A stretch of DNA of 64,000 nt, taken from the NCBI GenBank assembly GCA_964270895.1, contig OZ185440.1; one strand, 5' to 3'. A model generated the notes under the pieces. The model did not search any database. It was given only the letters and a program-made list of their open reading frames with translations, and was not told the DNA's origin. This DNA comes from Podarcis filfolensis. Taxonomy: Eukaryota. Shown here one piece after another: positions 1 through 12,808 of the stretch; the stretch's first letter is position 1, and each line of letters opens with the position of its first letter. Both the position numbers and the translations under genes were made by a program.

Positions 1-3000
1 GAAAGGGGACATGAAGAAATCTCTTCCCTGCCTAACTCCACAGCCCACTGCTGCTACCTGTCATACTTGCAAAGCAAGTCAGGCTGAGGGACTGATGGTT
101 AAGTGAGAGGGAAGGGGCTGGGTGGGTGGTAGCTGAGAAGTAAGTCTGGGTATTCAGAGGGCTGGGTAAGCCAAATTGTAATTGCCTCAGAATTAACTAA
201 GCTTTTCTTTTTTTCCAGAACACAAGCAGCTCAACAATCTCTTATTTTGTAAGTTCTAGTATAACCACTAACTAGGATAGAATGGCACTCCATTTCTTTA
301 TTGGCAAAATTTTAAACTAGTTAACAAAATGAGGGCTTCTTAGAAAAAAGGAGAGTTGGCGACAGAGTGGTGTGATTACAAGAATATGGCTAACAACAAG
401 TATAAAGTTTTTTGGGAAATAAGAGCTATGCTGCATCTAAAATAATGACGGTAATTTCAGGTCAAACTTTCATACAAAGATTTTTTTTTCCTATTTCCAA
501 GAGGATCTAATGGGAGCTAATTCAAGGTTAAACCCAAAAATATTAATTAGATACATCAAAACACTCCAGCATATTCTATTTACTCTACATCACACACTTT
601 CTAATCTATGACACTGAAACACAGAAGGGACGTCATTAGAAAATCACTATTGCGTTTTTCGCAACAGGATGACAGATAAAACTGCAGAGAGCCTGAAGCT
701 GGTTTTGTCCTCCCAGCAAAGAAAATCCATCTCTCTCCATACTGGAAAAACAGCAGAGGTTGTACATTCACTCACAATGCTACCGTGCTTCAGCTTCATG
801 AAGATTACCCAGCAGTTACTTGCAAACTTGCTGCCAAAACTAGTTTTAAGCAGCAAGACAACCCTGATTTAAGTAGGGCTGCTTCAATGCAAAAACCAAC
901 ATAGACCTCACCTAAATGAGGAACAATACACTAAGCACTGGCATTAAATCTGGACTTAGAACGAATTATTTGTAAATATGTATCAACAGATCTATCACAC
1001 TGCTCATGATGTACCAGCATTTGTCTGACTCAAGTGCACAAGTTCAGCAATTATTTTTGCAATCAAAGATTTAACCTCCTCTCTGCAACTGTTAAAGACT
1101 AGAAATTTACATATAAAATAAAAGCTGGGGTTCCCAAGGTCTATGGGATGCACAGGTGGTTAGGTGGAGGGGCAGATGCAGTCTTCAGTATGTTGGATGC
1201 TCAGCCTCAATTTAAATCTAAAGCTTATTGGAAGGAAATAATTCTTAAGCATTTTCACCTCCCTTTTCAGCAGGACCTGAATACAGTATATAAATCTAAA
1301 AGCTTTTTGGATTTAGAGACCAAAGAAAGCTGCATTTTTATGGTAAAGCACAGCAGGAAATCTAAATTAAGACTTCTTAACTCTTAACGGAGGATCAGTC
1401 TACCTTCTTAGTACTGTTGTGCTTGAATCTAAACACCCCATAACTTACCCTATGTTAGATGCATTGTTTGCCAATGCAGAATGTTCCAGTGTAATTAGAA
1501 ATGCTCTGAAAAGGTGAGTTGATGTGGTGACATTTTCATTTATCTTGCTAAGGAAGTTTCATGAATTGTTAATTACAGAATACCCTGAGATACTGGGAAA
1601 GCTGTAGACTTATCTCTATAGTGCATTAATAGAAGGTGAAAAGGTGAGGCTTAATAAGCTGGAGCAAGGACTGGGTTAAAATACACAACTGGGAAGAATT
1701 CCAGACTATTTGAACCTCAGGAGCTGCATCTTCCATTTCCAGTTAAGAAGGCAAACATCAGCCACTCACTGCAGTTGAATTAACAGCATAAATCCATCCC
1801 AGATTAAACTACCTTCTTGGCACAATTTATTTTTCCTGGACACCCCCCCCCAAAAAAATGCTGTTAGCAAATCATTAACGATATTCTATTCTAAACTGTC
1901 AGTTTAACAGCCCTATAAAAACATTTTAGAGTGTTTTTTATTTATTTATAAAAGTGTGCATGCTGTAGATATTAAAACTGCAGTCACCCTTACAGGCATC
2001 TCAGTTCTCTTTCAATCTTTCATGCCTAATCTATTCAATGAGACACAAAACGCCTTAGCTGAAGGCAACAGTTTGCTATATTGGAAAGTGCCACATATAG
2101 CATAGTACGAGAAATTATATTGTACACTTCAAGACACTAGTCAAGCCCTTTGAATTAAATTTTTATTGTTTTGTTTTTTAAGATGAAGGGCAGCGAAGTG
2201 GCGCAGCATAATTTCAGATTTTTTCTAGACATTCACGTTTAAGCCACTCATTGAATAATGCCTCTCAGCCTTCTCCTGTGTAAAAACTTTTGGCATTAGT
2301 GATCACTGGCTTCACTTTTGCCATTGTGATCCCAAACTATGGAATGCTATCCCATTCACTAAAAATAGGGAACTCAAGCAAATAAACAGAATTGTATCTC
2401 AAATTTGACAGCAACTTTCCAAATTAGAAAGTATACTTTTACTTCATGCTGCATGACTATTTCATATATTTTTTATGTTGTTAAGTATATAATGGGAAGA
2501 GATAATGATAAATTAAATAAGAGTACTGCAGGTTTAATTTCACATCTTGGCTATAATCTGACAAAGAAGAAGTCACCAAACACAGCAACTAGGTCCTGTC
2601 CCAAGCCAGGGATTAACTAATGCCCCTCCCCAAACCTTCCCCAGGCCCACCCCCTCCCACAACCCTTTCCAAAATCTCCCAACTAGACAACACTGTTGGC
2701 AAATCAAGACAGCATGAAACATACATCAATAGAAACAAACATGTGACATGTGCCAATGCATCAGGTTAGGTATCCTATTAAATGACACAGTTCTCCACAT
2801 CAGCATTTCTGCTTGGGACCCAGTTGTACCTTTGCCACTGAGGGATAAAGTTTACATTTGAGCATGCTCCGTGGTGCATTTACAAGTGCTGCAATGCTAC
2901 AAAGGAGATTGAACACCTGAAGCTTTTCCCTGTGACTTGTTTTCAGGGACATAATGCAACTGTCCCACCATGCAGTGACACTCAAAAGTACAATCCAATG

Positions 3001-4004
3001 TTGTAGCACAAATTACAACATCCAGTTTAGTAGGGTGTAAGGCATGTGGACAAGAAGAGATATCAGCAGTATGCAGCAGGAAGAGAAAGAATTCCACACC
3101 AGCAGAAAGCATCGGTGGCTCAATGCTTCAGTTCACTAGTTTTAAAACTCATTTTGAATCCCTGATTCCTATTTATTGAGGCTGGAATTCATTTAGTTTC
3201 TGAGGCCGTATGCTGTTGAGTGAGTGGTGACCAAATTCCTTGCATTTCTGTTCATTGTTAAGATGATCAACGTATTGACTGAACCTGTAGAAAGAACGGA
3301 GCACCAAGAATGCCTCACAGGGTATTGTAACTCGGCCGCCTCCTCTAAGTGTCACTGTTCTAAATTTGGGTAAGGGAGTGGGGGAGTCAAACCGGCCCAG
3401 CCACTAGCACTGTCACAAAATAAGTTTCTTTAAAAAAACAAAAGGCAAACAAGATTATGAAGCCCTCCTTTACAGAAGCAGCTCATTTAAAAAAAAAAAA
3501 TCCCGCAAAATCAAAGTGTTAGGCTTCTCCATCTAAAAAAAGGTTACACGCATGCGCTGAGAAAGTGACCACCACACAGATCTCAACAGCACCTTACTGT
3601 ACAAAATCTAAGACTTAAAAGAACTGAGCTCACATTTCAGCCTTCTTTAACTGAAAGGATAAAGAGGCCTAGCTATGGCTGGGACAACATACATAGGGGC
3701 ATTTCAGAAGACAAGGCAGAGGTGAAGCTAGTAGCCTTGACTTTCAGGTTGTCAAAACTGTGTTAATAGGGAAGGGGCACTTCATGCACAATATGTGTTT
3801 TACAAAATACATATCCAAGAAAAAGCAAGAAAACCCCACTTTGCACTAGAATGCAACACTCAAATATTTGCTCTGCCAAAGGCTGCCGCTGATGTCGTGT
3901 CTGACAAGAGGAAGCATGTGAAAGAGGCAAGAAGAGGGGAGAAAAGGAAATCCAAGTTTCAGTCTACTTTTCAAAATCTGTTTCTCTCAAAAGGCCATCT
4001 TCAG
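1..4004 (-). other. NUDT3: Probable long NUDT3 3'UTR (3' end not determinable)
   Basis: Directly follows the stop; AT-rich. Candidate minus-strand AATAAA signals at ~3171-3176, ~1938-1947 and 297-302. True end needs 3'-seq data. Confidence 0.45.
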
Positions 4005-4177
4005 TCATCTGATGTCGGACAGTTCACTCTCCTTTGAGAATGATGTGGTCACAACAGGAGTGCCATTGTTAGCCAAATAGCCTTGCCTCAAGGTTTCAAA
4101 ATATGAAGCCTGCACAGGTTTGTGATACTGCAGAACTTTTATGGCGTCATCTATCTGAAACCATTTCCGTTTCCTTC
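4005..4177 (-). CDS. NUDT3: NUDT3 coding exon 5 (to TGA stop)
   Basis: tttctacag|GAAGGAAA...ATCAGATGA; (G)RKRKWFQIDDAIKVLQYHKPVQASYFETLRQGYLANNGTPVVTTSFSKESELSDIR*. Total CDS 513 nt = 170 aa. Confidence 0.96.
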
Positions 4178-4571
4178 CTGTAGAAATAGAGGGAGGGGGG
4201 AATTAGTAACACAGCAAAGCAATTGATGATTTTATAGTTCCTTCTATAGATAATTTCCAGAGACATATAGTATGCCTATTCCTACTGCAAATGCACTGCA
4301 ACAGCACACAGTAATTCAATGGCACCTGTGATACGATGACTCACTGAAGGTTCACTTCTTCAATATACAATTGTAACAATTAACTTCACACAATACAACC
4401 CGGGGGGGGACACGGACCAACCTCTAGCCTGTGTGGGCTCAATTTTGAATGCTAGGCCTTCCCAACCATCCCACCAGCCTCTCCCTAGAACCTCATACCC
4501 TCTTCAGGTTCTCCTTTCCCCACCTTTGAGCGGTTTCCCTCCTACCAGCAGATCAGCACATGTATGGGAGG

Positions 4572-4672
4572 AACACGAGAAGAGTCTGCTAGTTCAGGCC
4601 AATGGCCCATCTACTCCAGCATTGTGTTTTCACAGTGGCAACCAGATGCTTATGGGAAGCCCAAAAGCAAGG
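4572..4672 (+). mobile_element. CR1 3'-region-derived repeat fragment
   Basis: aacacgagaagagtctgctagttcaggccaatggcccatctactccagc; an inverted relative lies at ~63380-63545. Confidence 0.5.
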
Positions 4673-5245
4673 TAAGAGAATGGGATGTATATCCTTTGGT
4701 AGTGTACTTTGGGCTTTGGCCCCAGTCAAGCCAATATGCTGTCCCCAATAACCAGCTCTCCAAAGGAATGTGGCGCTTGGAGGAGGAAGGTTCTTCAGCC
4801 CTACAGTACATTACAACAGCAAATCTTTAGTTTAACAAATATTTTCCAAAATTAAAATAAAACCAACATCTCATTTGTTTCTTCTAAAGGAGAATGAGCT
4901 GGAAAATAGTGCATTTAGTAAGGAAGCTCCTGAGACTAACAGAATGCAGCTGCTCACTTTTCTTAGAGAAAATCAATGGGAGAAGGAAAGTTATAGGGAA
5001 AACTGTGTATCACTGTGTTGCCTGTGAAGTTCATTGAGAGATATATGCATCTCTTTCCATTCTGTAAATAATTTAGGCAGCAATCCTAATCCCACTTATC
5101 TGAGAATAAGCCCCACTGATTTCAATAGGATTTACATCTAAGTAAACAAGGTTAGGACTGTGGTTAGTTTGAAGCCGGGAAATAAATTTGGTAAGAAGCA
5201 ATTTTCTAAGTAATATGCTATTCTACAGGATGTATAACCTCATAC

Positions 5246-5565
5246 TAGAGCCAGGGCTTTTTGGGCTGTGGCTCCGATCTGGTGGAACACTCTGTCACAA
5301 GAGACTAGGGCCCTGCGGGACTTGACATATTTCCGCAGGGCCTGCAAGACAGAGTTGTTCCACCAGGCCTTTGGCCAGGGCACAGCCTGACTCCCTCCTT
5401 CGGCAATCTTTGCGGAGCTCTGGCCCAACGGTTGCCAGTGGTTTTGAATTAATTTTATAATGAATGATTTTAGAGTATTGTGTTGTGTTGTACTGTTGTA
5501 CTGTTTTATTGTTGTTAGCCGCCCTGAGCCCGGCTTTGGCTGGGGAGGGCGGGATATAAATAAAA

Positions 5566-5610
<45 letters not shown>
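5246..5610 (+). mobile_element. L2-clade LINE 3' end with (TTA)n tail, in NUDT3 intron 4
   Basis: Ends ...ttagccgccctgagccc...gggcgggatataaataaaa followed by ~15 TTA units (~5566-5610), a typical squamate L2-type 3' terminus. Confidence 0.75.
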
Positions 5611-5613
<3 letters not shown>

Positions 5614-6122
5614 AAAAGTGAATCAAAACATGGGCATGAAGAAGCACTGGATGAAAAGAATAATACATTAATATGAATTTTGCAATGATTTGAGACTGCT
5701 ATAGGAGGGGCAATTAGTAAATTTCCTTTCCCCCTTTTTTTAAAAAAAGTAAATTTCCTTTTCAAAACACACGCTATACATGGGAAAACAAAAATTAAAA
5801 AATCAGTGATTCTGCAAAAAAATAATAATCATGGAAACAGATAGTTAAGCCTCTTCAACTTCCAAAATCTGGTTTTTAGCCCTCTTTTTGACTGTTCAAT
5901 TCTTTAAATCAAATTCTCTTTAAAATCATCAGTACTAGAATTCTTTATCTGTCTTTTTTTACAAGAAGCTGGAATTTAAAGGAGTCTGACAAGAGCTGCC
6001 AAGTCACGAGTATTTTGGCAGCTGTATGCTGATGGTTGTCCTTTTCCACTTTAAACCAAACAGTACAATTCTAATTCTTACACTTTCTTCCCCCCACCCC
6101 GGCCACAATCACCTACATAAAA

Positions 6123-6463
6123 CAGGAGTGAGAAAAATATTTTCAGCCTGAGAGCTGCATTCCCTCACGGGCAACCACCCAGGGGCCACGTGCCAGCGGT
6201 GGGTGGAGCCAGATACAAAGGTGGACAGAGAATCAAATGCCATTCTTATACTGTAGGCTGCATTCCAGGCACACAAAAATCAGAGGTTGCTACGCCCACC
6301 CACACCCCTACATTCATCCGGTTAAGCAACATCTACCAGAGTTCAAGAAGCCAGGCAAAAGCAGTAAAGGAGGGTGTGAAGCAGGGCTAGTGAAAAGTGT
6401 GGCCTGGGGGCGAATCCCAAGGGCCAAAAAGAAAGGGTGAGAGGCTTGCAGTCTCCACACCTG
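6123..6463. mobile_element. Old hAT(Charlie-like) non-autonomous DNA transposon
   Basis: Imperfect TIRs caggagtgagaa / tctccacacctg; 8-bp flanks acataaaa/atataaag (6/8). Internal similarity to the 31470 element and to fragments at ~19200-19375 and ~55750-55830. Confidence 0.55.
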
Positions 6464-6552
6464 ATATAAAGCTGAATCTAATACAGAGAAGAGGATTCTG
6501 CTATTACAATCCTACAGAGAATCAGGAATACAGATGAATGTAAGTGTCTCAC

Positions 6553-6637
6553 CAATATTCACAGAGTCCTCCCAGTCTTCCAATACTTCTGTGACAATAA
6601 GTACGTAAACATATGTTCTGTGTTTTCTGTCCTGGTT
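6553..6637 (-). CDS. NUDT3: NUDT3 coding exon 4
   Basis: ttttag|AACCAGGAC...AATATTG|gtgaga; 85 nt; NQDRKHRTYVYVLIVTEVLEDWEDSVNI(G); ends phase 1. Confidence 0.97.
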
Positions 6638-7470
6638 CTAAAAGGAGGAGCAGCATTAAAGTTAGGTTCCAAAGTTCATAATACCTGCAAAAGTTTATTC
6701 TTAAGGAAAGTAGGGATAGGTATATTGTTAAAACATTTCCAGCAACAGCAAAGCCCTACCAAGATAAATGATGAAGATTCAAAAGTAGTTACAACACGAA
6801 ACAAGTCAAAACATTTCCAACATAAATTTTACTAGTTTTGCCCTGACATCTTGCCAAACGTTACTGTTTTCTAGCTCCTCAGTCTTGAGAAACCTACAAA
6901 ACATAGGGAAATTGAACAATCTGTCTCAGTGGATGCTCTATGTTTTCAAAATTCAATCATGTAACATGCATGATACCACAATGGCTGCATCTGCAAGTGA
7001 AAGTAAGGCAGAAGTGATGATGGAGGGGAACCTCCAGCCCACTAGGGCTTCAAATCACACCCACCTGTCCCACACTTGACATCAAACATCATATATGACA
7101 CTGGCTTATGGGGCAGGTAAAGACATAGCCAGCTTCTGATTGTCCCTTGGTAAGTGGGACTCACTGACCGCAGTCATCAGCTGACTGGCATTGGTAGGAA
7201 CCCTGTTATAATTTATCCTTCTGTAAGTAGTTTTGCATCCCTGGTCTAAAGAGTCAAAAACACACATAAGAGAACAAACCTGAACTAGAGTTCCTTTGCA
7301 AAGCAACTGTTAATTCATGTTCACTTCACCTAGCAATTATAGGAACTACTTTCATTGAACTTTGCCAAACCACAGTAGTTCATTCCAAGCACTGGTGGTA
7401 GCTTACAGGGATGTGTGAACAGGGCCATTGAGAAAAGTCTTAATCAACTCTTCAAAATGCTTATACTTAC

Positions 7471-7515
7471 CTCAAAAATTCCTACTAATCTTCCTAATGT
7501 CCCTTTCACTCCAGC
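7471..7515 (-). CDS. NUDT3: NUDT3 coding exon 3
   Basis: cacag|GCTGGA...TTTGAG|gtaagt; 45 nt; AGVKGTLGRLVGIFE. Confidence 0.97.
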
Positions 7516-8321
7516 CTGTGAGAAATTCAAAGAGAAGAAAGAAAGATTTAATGTTCTAAGTTACAGCTCAATATTTCAGTCTGGGCCAAATTACACATGG
7601 TGTAGAAGGTCTATGACGGAAAAAGCTTATGGAAGATCCAAAGCTTAAAAACAGCTGGGAGGGTCGGGGGAGAGGATTGGCTTCTGATAGCAGCACTAGG
7701 GTAGAGGATGTTTAATCCTTTCCTCATGTAATTTTCATGATTACAATTGCCCCCAAAGCTGCTATCCGTCCCCCAGTGTTTGTGAGTTAAGCGGCTTTGA
7801 GAAGGGACATCATGAAGTGTTTAAAACCAGCAGGGGAGGGGAGGGGTGAGAGAAAATTTGGGCCAAGAAAACGAGGGGTTAAATGCACATATGTATGCAT
7901 GTAATCTGGTGTTTCACACCACACCCTCTCAAAGCTACATTTGAGGGAAGCACATCACCAAGAGACAGTACATATCTACATATATGAACTCTAGACCCCA
8001 GTGCCTGAAGTCAACTGGCAATACTATTAACAATCTGTTGAAAGAGGTACTCAGTGAAGTATTCGAAAATCCCTGCCCTGCATCATAATAACTATTATAG
8101 CTATGAGTACTAGGGCAAATTCTACAGCAGTATCCATCTCAACTCACAGATGGAACTAACAATGAGTTTTGTTCATAAAGAGTTAACAAAACCACAACAC
8201 TATTAATTGGTTAGAAAAATTTTTCAATAGAGGGACTGTTTTGAGAAGAGCAAGGAAAAATAATAAGAAATTGATAAGCAGCACGAACAGTTTAGGTCCG
8301 AAGCAAGTTTTGGAGATTTAC

Positions 8322-8432
8322 CTCTTCACAAACTTCCCGCACTGCAGCCACACTAGGTTCCTCTTCAGGCTCCATACCACCACCTGGGACAATCCATCTA
8401 TCTGGATGACGACTACTGCTCACTAACAGCAC
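8322..8432 (-). CDS. NUDT3: NUDT3 coding exon 2 (most of the Nudix box)
   Basis: cctggtag|GTGCTGTTA...GAAGAG|gtaaat; 111 nt; VLLVSSSRHPDRWIVPGGGMEPEEEPSVAAVREVCEE; phase 0/0. Confidence 0.97.
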
Positions 8433-8644
8433 CTACCAGGGGGAAACAGAGTACTTGCATATATACATTATTTCATTATATGGTTGCCCAACTTCAGAAT
8501 ACAATCTTGCTACAAAAGAAAGCTGTTGACGGGGGTGGGGGTTAAGTTCCTATAAGAAATCTCTCACTTTCTTTTTTGCTAATCTTCTCTCTATACTTAT
8601 GGAGTCATCATGTCCTCTTGAGTTTCATTATACACAGGCAAAGG

Positions 8645-9536
8645 AAAAAGCTTAAGGAACTACTGGGTCAAGTCCCATGGTCAGAAATACTCAAAGAAAA
8701 GCAAGTCCAAGAGGGATGGGAGTTTCTTAAAGGTGACATACAGAAGGCACAAAGGCAGACAATTCCAACAAGTAAGCATCCAAAGAAACTGTGTGGCTGC
8801 ATATGAAGCTTACAGATGAGCTGAGATGTAAGAAGGGCATGTATAAGAAATTACTCATGTGGTCCCTTCCAACTCTACAATTCTATGGTTCTATGGAAGA
8901 AAGGAGAAATCATGAAAGAAGAGTATACATGAGTAGTCAACAGTTGCAGGTACCGGTGGTCAAGCAGGCCAAAGCTCAGAATGAACTCAGGCTTGCAAGA
9001 GAGGTTAAAAATAATTTTTAAAGTTTCTTCAACTATGTTTGAAGTAAGTGGGAAAATAAGCAAGTAGCAGATCCCTTGCGGGGAGAAGAAGGAGAAATGC
9101 TACTCAGTGACAGAGATATGGTGGAACTGCTCAACACCTACTTTGCCTCTTTCTTCACCCCAAAGAAAAGCAGTGCCCAACCTTGTGGTAAAAGAATAAA
9201 CAATGCAAGAAGGGAGTTGAAGCCCAAGATAAAAAAAAGAGGTGGTAAGGGAACACCTAGCTACTTTAAATGAATTCAAATCACCAGTGCCTGGCTAGCT
9301 GACCCAAGGGTACTAAAGGAGCTTGTAGATCAAACAGTGTGATACAGCAGCAAAGCAAAAAGCTGATGCTATTCCAGGCTGCATCATAAAAAGTAACAGT
9401 GTCCTGATCAAGAGAAGTAACAGTACTGCTCTATTCTGCCTTGGTCAGGCCACATCTAGAGTACTGTGTCCAGTTCTGGGCACCACAGTCCAAGAAGGAT
9501 CTTGACAAGCTGGAATGTATGCAGAGGAGGGCAACC
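8645..9536 (+). mobile_element. CR1 LINE ORF2 relic, internally deleted, antisense in NUDT3 intron 1
   Basis: Degenerate CR1 ORF2 peptides (KAQNELRLAREVKNN; EMLLSDRDMVELLNTYFASFF), joined at ~9330 to the CR1 C-terminal segment (gccacatctagagtactgtgtccagttctgggcacc); multiple stops and frameshifts. Confidence 0.85.
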
Positions 9537-12520
9537 GCCTCCTCCACCACTCTGTTGGAAGTACAGCCTGACTCACCACTCCAGAGGGACTTCCTCAAGT
9601 GGGAATGCACCTACTGATTACCAAGAGCAATGGGGGAGAGTTTCTCATTAACAGTGCCTGGGCAGGCTCCTGGAGTCAACATCCACCTTTCCACTGGTGG
9701 TAGCCCGAGAGTCCAACCATTTCCATCATGGCCCACTATGTGAGGACACCAGCTGGTTGAGCATCTGGCTGAGCTGTCTTAACAAGGCAAGACATTCTTC
9801 AAGGGGTGCATCAGGCTCTTCAGAAGAACTAATCTGAACAGGAAAAGCAAGTCTGTTTTGTTTTCACCTCCTGCTTTCCATGTTATTAACAGACATACTA
9901 CACCAAGGAACTTGAAGATACCTCCTTTTTCAAGAGGTGTTCTATGACAGTATTCTTTAAACATTAATACTCTTACTGTCACTTTTACCTCCACATTCTC
10001 CCAGTAAAATATTGTGGTAAACCTAACCCTGACTAGAGACTCTAAAAGCATTGTTGGAGTATCCAGCCATTCCCTGCAACTAGAAACTCCTGCTGGCACT
10101 TGGTACTCCGAACTCCTGCCACGACTCTTATAATATGTTGAACTCCATCAGAACTATTATCAAAGGGATTGAAGATAGCTGCTCTGGGGATTTCAACATA
10201 AATTATTAAATTGACAATATGATTACAATAGATTCAGACAATCGCTTCGGAACAACCACTTCAGAAAAAGTAAATCCATGTGCCAGTTCCATAGCATTTA
10301 TCCTGCACACATACATATATCTTTGTCCATACTGAAGATCTGGAATGAACTTGCAAGAAGCCACATAATGTTGGAGGTTTCGTCCCCTTTCACATTTAGT
10401 CAAAAGCAGAAGTGAAACCTTCCAAACTCATTCTTGCAGCCGTTGAAGGTGGGAGGGTGAGAATCTGATGCATGCACAAGCACATTCTCATAACGCTAAA
10501 CCATGCTTTAGCATTTTTTATGAATGAGGCCTTTATGTCACCTGAGCAAAAGACATGGTTGTATTTGGTTGTATTATCACTTTGACTCAAAATCCTTCAA
10601 TGGAAGAATGCACATTAATTTAGTAATTTATGCTGCAGAACACAGGCTTGTTGCATTTTTGTTTTGCTACATAAAAGTTTGGTCTTACTGACAAGTTGTG
10701 TTTTGCCCTTTCTGTAGACTAATTGTCCTGACAGCAGGCACACTTGTTATGGTCAACAGTTTTGTATCCCACACTCTCCACGAGAGCTTCTAAAGGAAAT
10801 AAGTATATGAAACTCTTTCAAGTTAAAACAGAAAATTTGAAGAGAAAAGAGGCCTCATATAATTCAGAAATTCAGCCGCAAATCAGAACTGCTGTTTGGA
10901 ATCTGAAAAGTTCAAATTGAGCTGTGGGGTGCAAGGCATATGAGATAAATAGTGTGGTATTAAGTAACTGCCACTGCACCAGCCCTAGGAAAGGGTCCCA
11001 GCACTAGCTCTTGATCCAAGTGCCCTTGCACAGGCGTGTTTGAATCCTACCATTCAATTCCATAGGATGCTTTATTTGGCTAGTAACTCTTCTATAAGGC
11101 AATTTTACCTATGAGATTTGGAACTATTTGATCACTGAATGTCCATTCCAAGTTGAATATTGCATTTATATGAGTGGGAATCTTTGCCAGATGCAAGCAT
11201 GGAAGACTAAGACAACTCCATCCGTCCCCCTGACCAACCTTAAATGCCTCCCCCACCTAGACCTCTGGTAGGGGCTGATGGGAGTTTAGTCCAACAATAT
11301 CTGGAGGCTACCAAGTTGGTTATTCCTCTTCTAGGGTCTTGTAAATAGGTTTGTTTTCCTCTGGTATGGTAGAAGAGTTCCACTTTTCTAGTCCAGGGAA
11401 AAAAGCAACCCCAGGAAAGCAGCAAGTTACAATGAAAATCTCTTTGCAACCCTACAGCCTATTCATAAGAGGTACTATTTCTTAAAGAGGAAGCATGTTT
11501 TGAACAGAATGCTGTAAAAACAAGCTGTCACAACACAGACTACAAAGTGAAAATGCAAAATGTAAGGCTTATAATGAGTTCAAACAGGGATGGAAAGTTC
11601 TTAGAGTGAAGAAAATTCTCAAAAAGCGCAGGAAAGCCCTAACAACTTTATGCTGGTACCAATGAATTCGCATTATTTTCAAGTCCTGAATTCAAGAACA
11701 ACAAAAAGGGATAACCTTTAAATTTTGTTATTTTTCCACATTATAGACCATAAATCAGGATCTGTAACAAAACCATCTGTATGCCACACAGCCTGGTTTA
11801 GGGTTGTTCTACTTTACCTAAGGCAGTATCTCAAACTAAGCACAGTGATGTAGCACTGCCCCACTTACTATCTAAACTGTTTACAAACCAACATCATACT
11901 TCAGGATGAAGGCTTATGCCAGTAGAGCACATACTTGAACTACCCCCTTGTAGCACCATTTCCCAGTTTCAGAAAGAGCTGCACAAGTCCCAAATGTAGC
12001 ACAACAGGGTTCAGTTCCTACTACTGGAGCACTATATTTCTACATATTAGCTCCCCCAAGCAGTAGATAAGAATGCCTTATGAGTTCTTCAGGTACTCAA
12101 GTCTGATATGCTTACATCAGACTTACATCATATATACTGACCATCTCATTTTTTATCTGTCACATATTTCATTCTGCTCCCATCCAGGAATGGAAATTAG
12201 CTAGGTGCCAGGCGCATTTTGCACCTGGCTATCAACCACTTGCGACCAAGTGAAGATGCCTGGGCCTGACTTCTCCACCATCTTGGAGATCAGTGGATCT
12301 GGGCTGTTTTCACACACTAATACCACATCCTGTAGAATTTTATCCGTACCCTACCCTCTTGGCAACACTGATTTGAACCCTCATAACAACAGAACTCCCA
12401 ATCTATTTCAAATTCCAATTGATATAATTCAGTAGCAACCCTACGAAAGAACAGATAGTCTCAACGTCTACAACAATTTGATAGCCATGCCCATAATCCA
12501 CAATATAGACACCTGCATTT

Positions 12521-12808
12521 GTCCCCACAACGGGGTGAGCTCCTGTTGCTCAGTCCCAGCTCCTGCCAACCTAGCAGTTCGAAAGCACGTCAAAGTGCAA
12601 GTAGATAAATAGGTACTGCTCCAGCGGGAAGGTAAACGGCGTTTCCGTGCACTGCTCTGGTTCGCCAGAAGCGGCCACATGACCCGGAAGCTGTCTGTGG
12701 ACAAACGCCGGCTCCCTCAGCCAGTAAAGCGAGATGAGCGCTGCAACCCCAAAGTCTTCTGCGACTGGACCTAACGGTCAGGGGTCCCTTTACCTTTACC
12801 TTTTACCT
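12521..12808 (+). mobile_element. Sauria SINE, 5'-truncated
   Basis: Diagnostic cggggtgagctcc...ctcctgccaacctagcagttcgaaagcac...gggaaggtaaacggcgtttcc...ggggtccc core with (ACCTTT)n tail. Confidence 0.85.

Noticed and set aside
6630-6640. NAGNAG-type alternative acceptor like the one giving the NUDT4 Gln-insertion isoform
   Set aside because: Acceptor is ttttag|AACCAG; no tandem NAGNAG. The CAG 6 nt downstream is only a hypothetical alternative.
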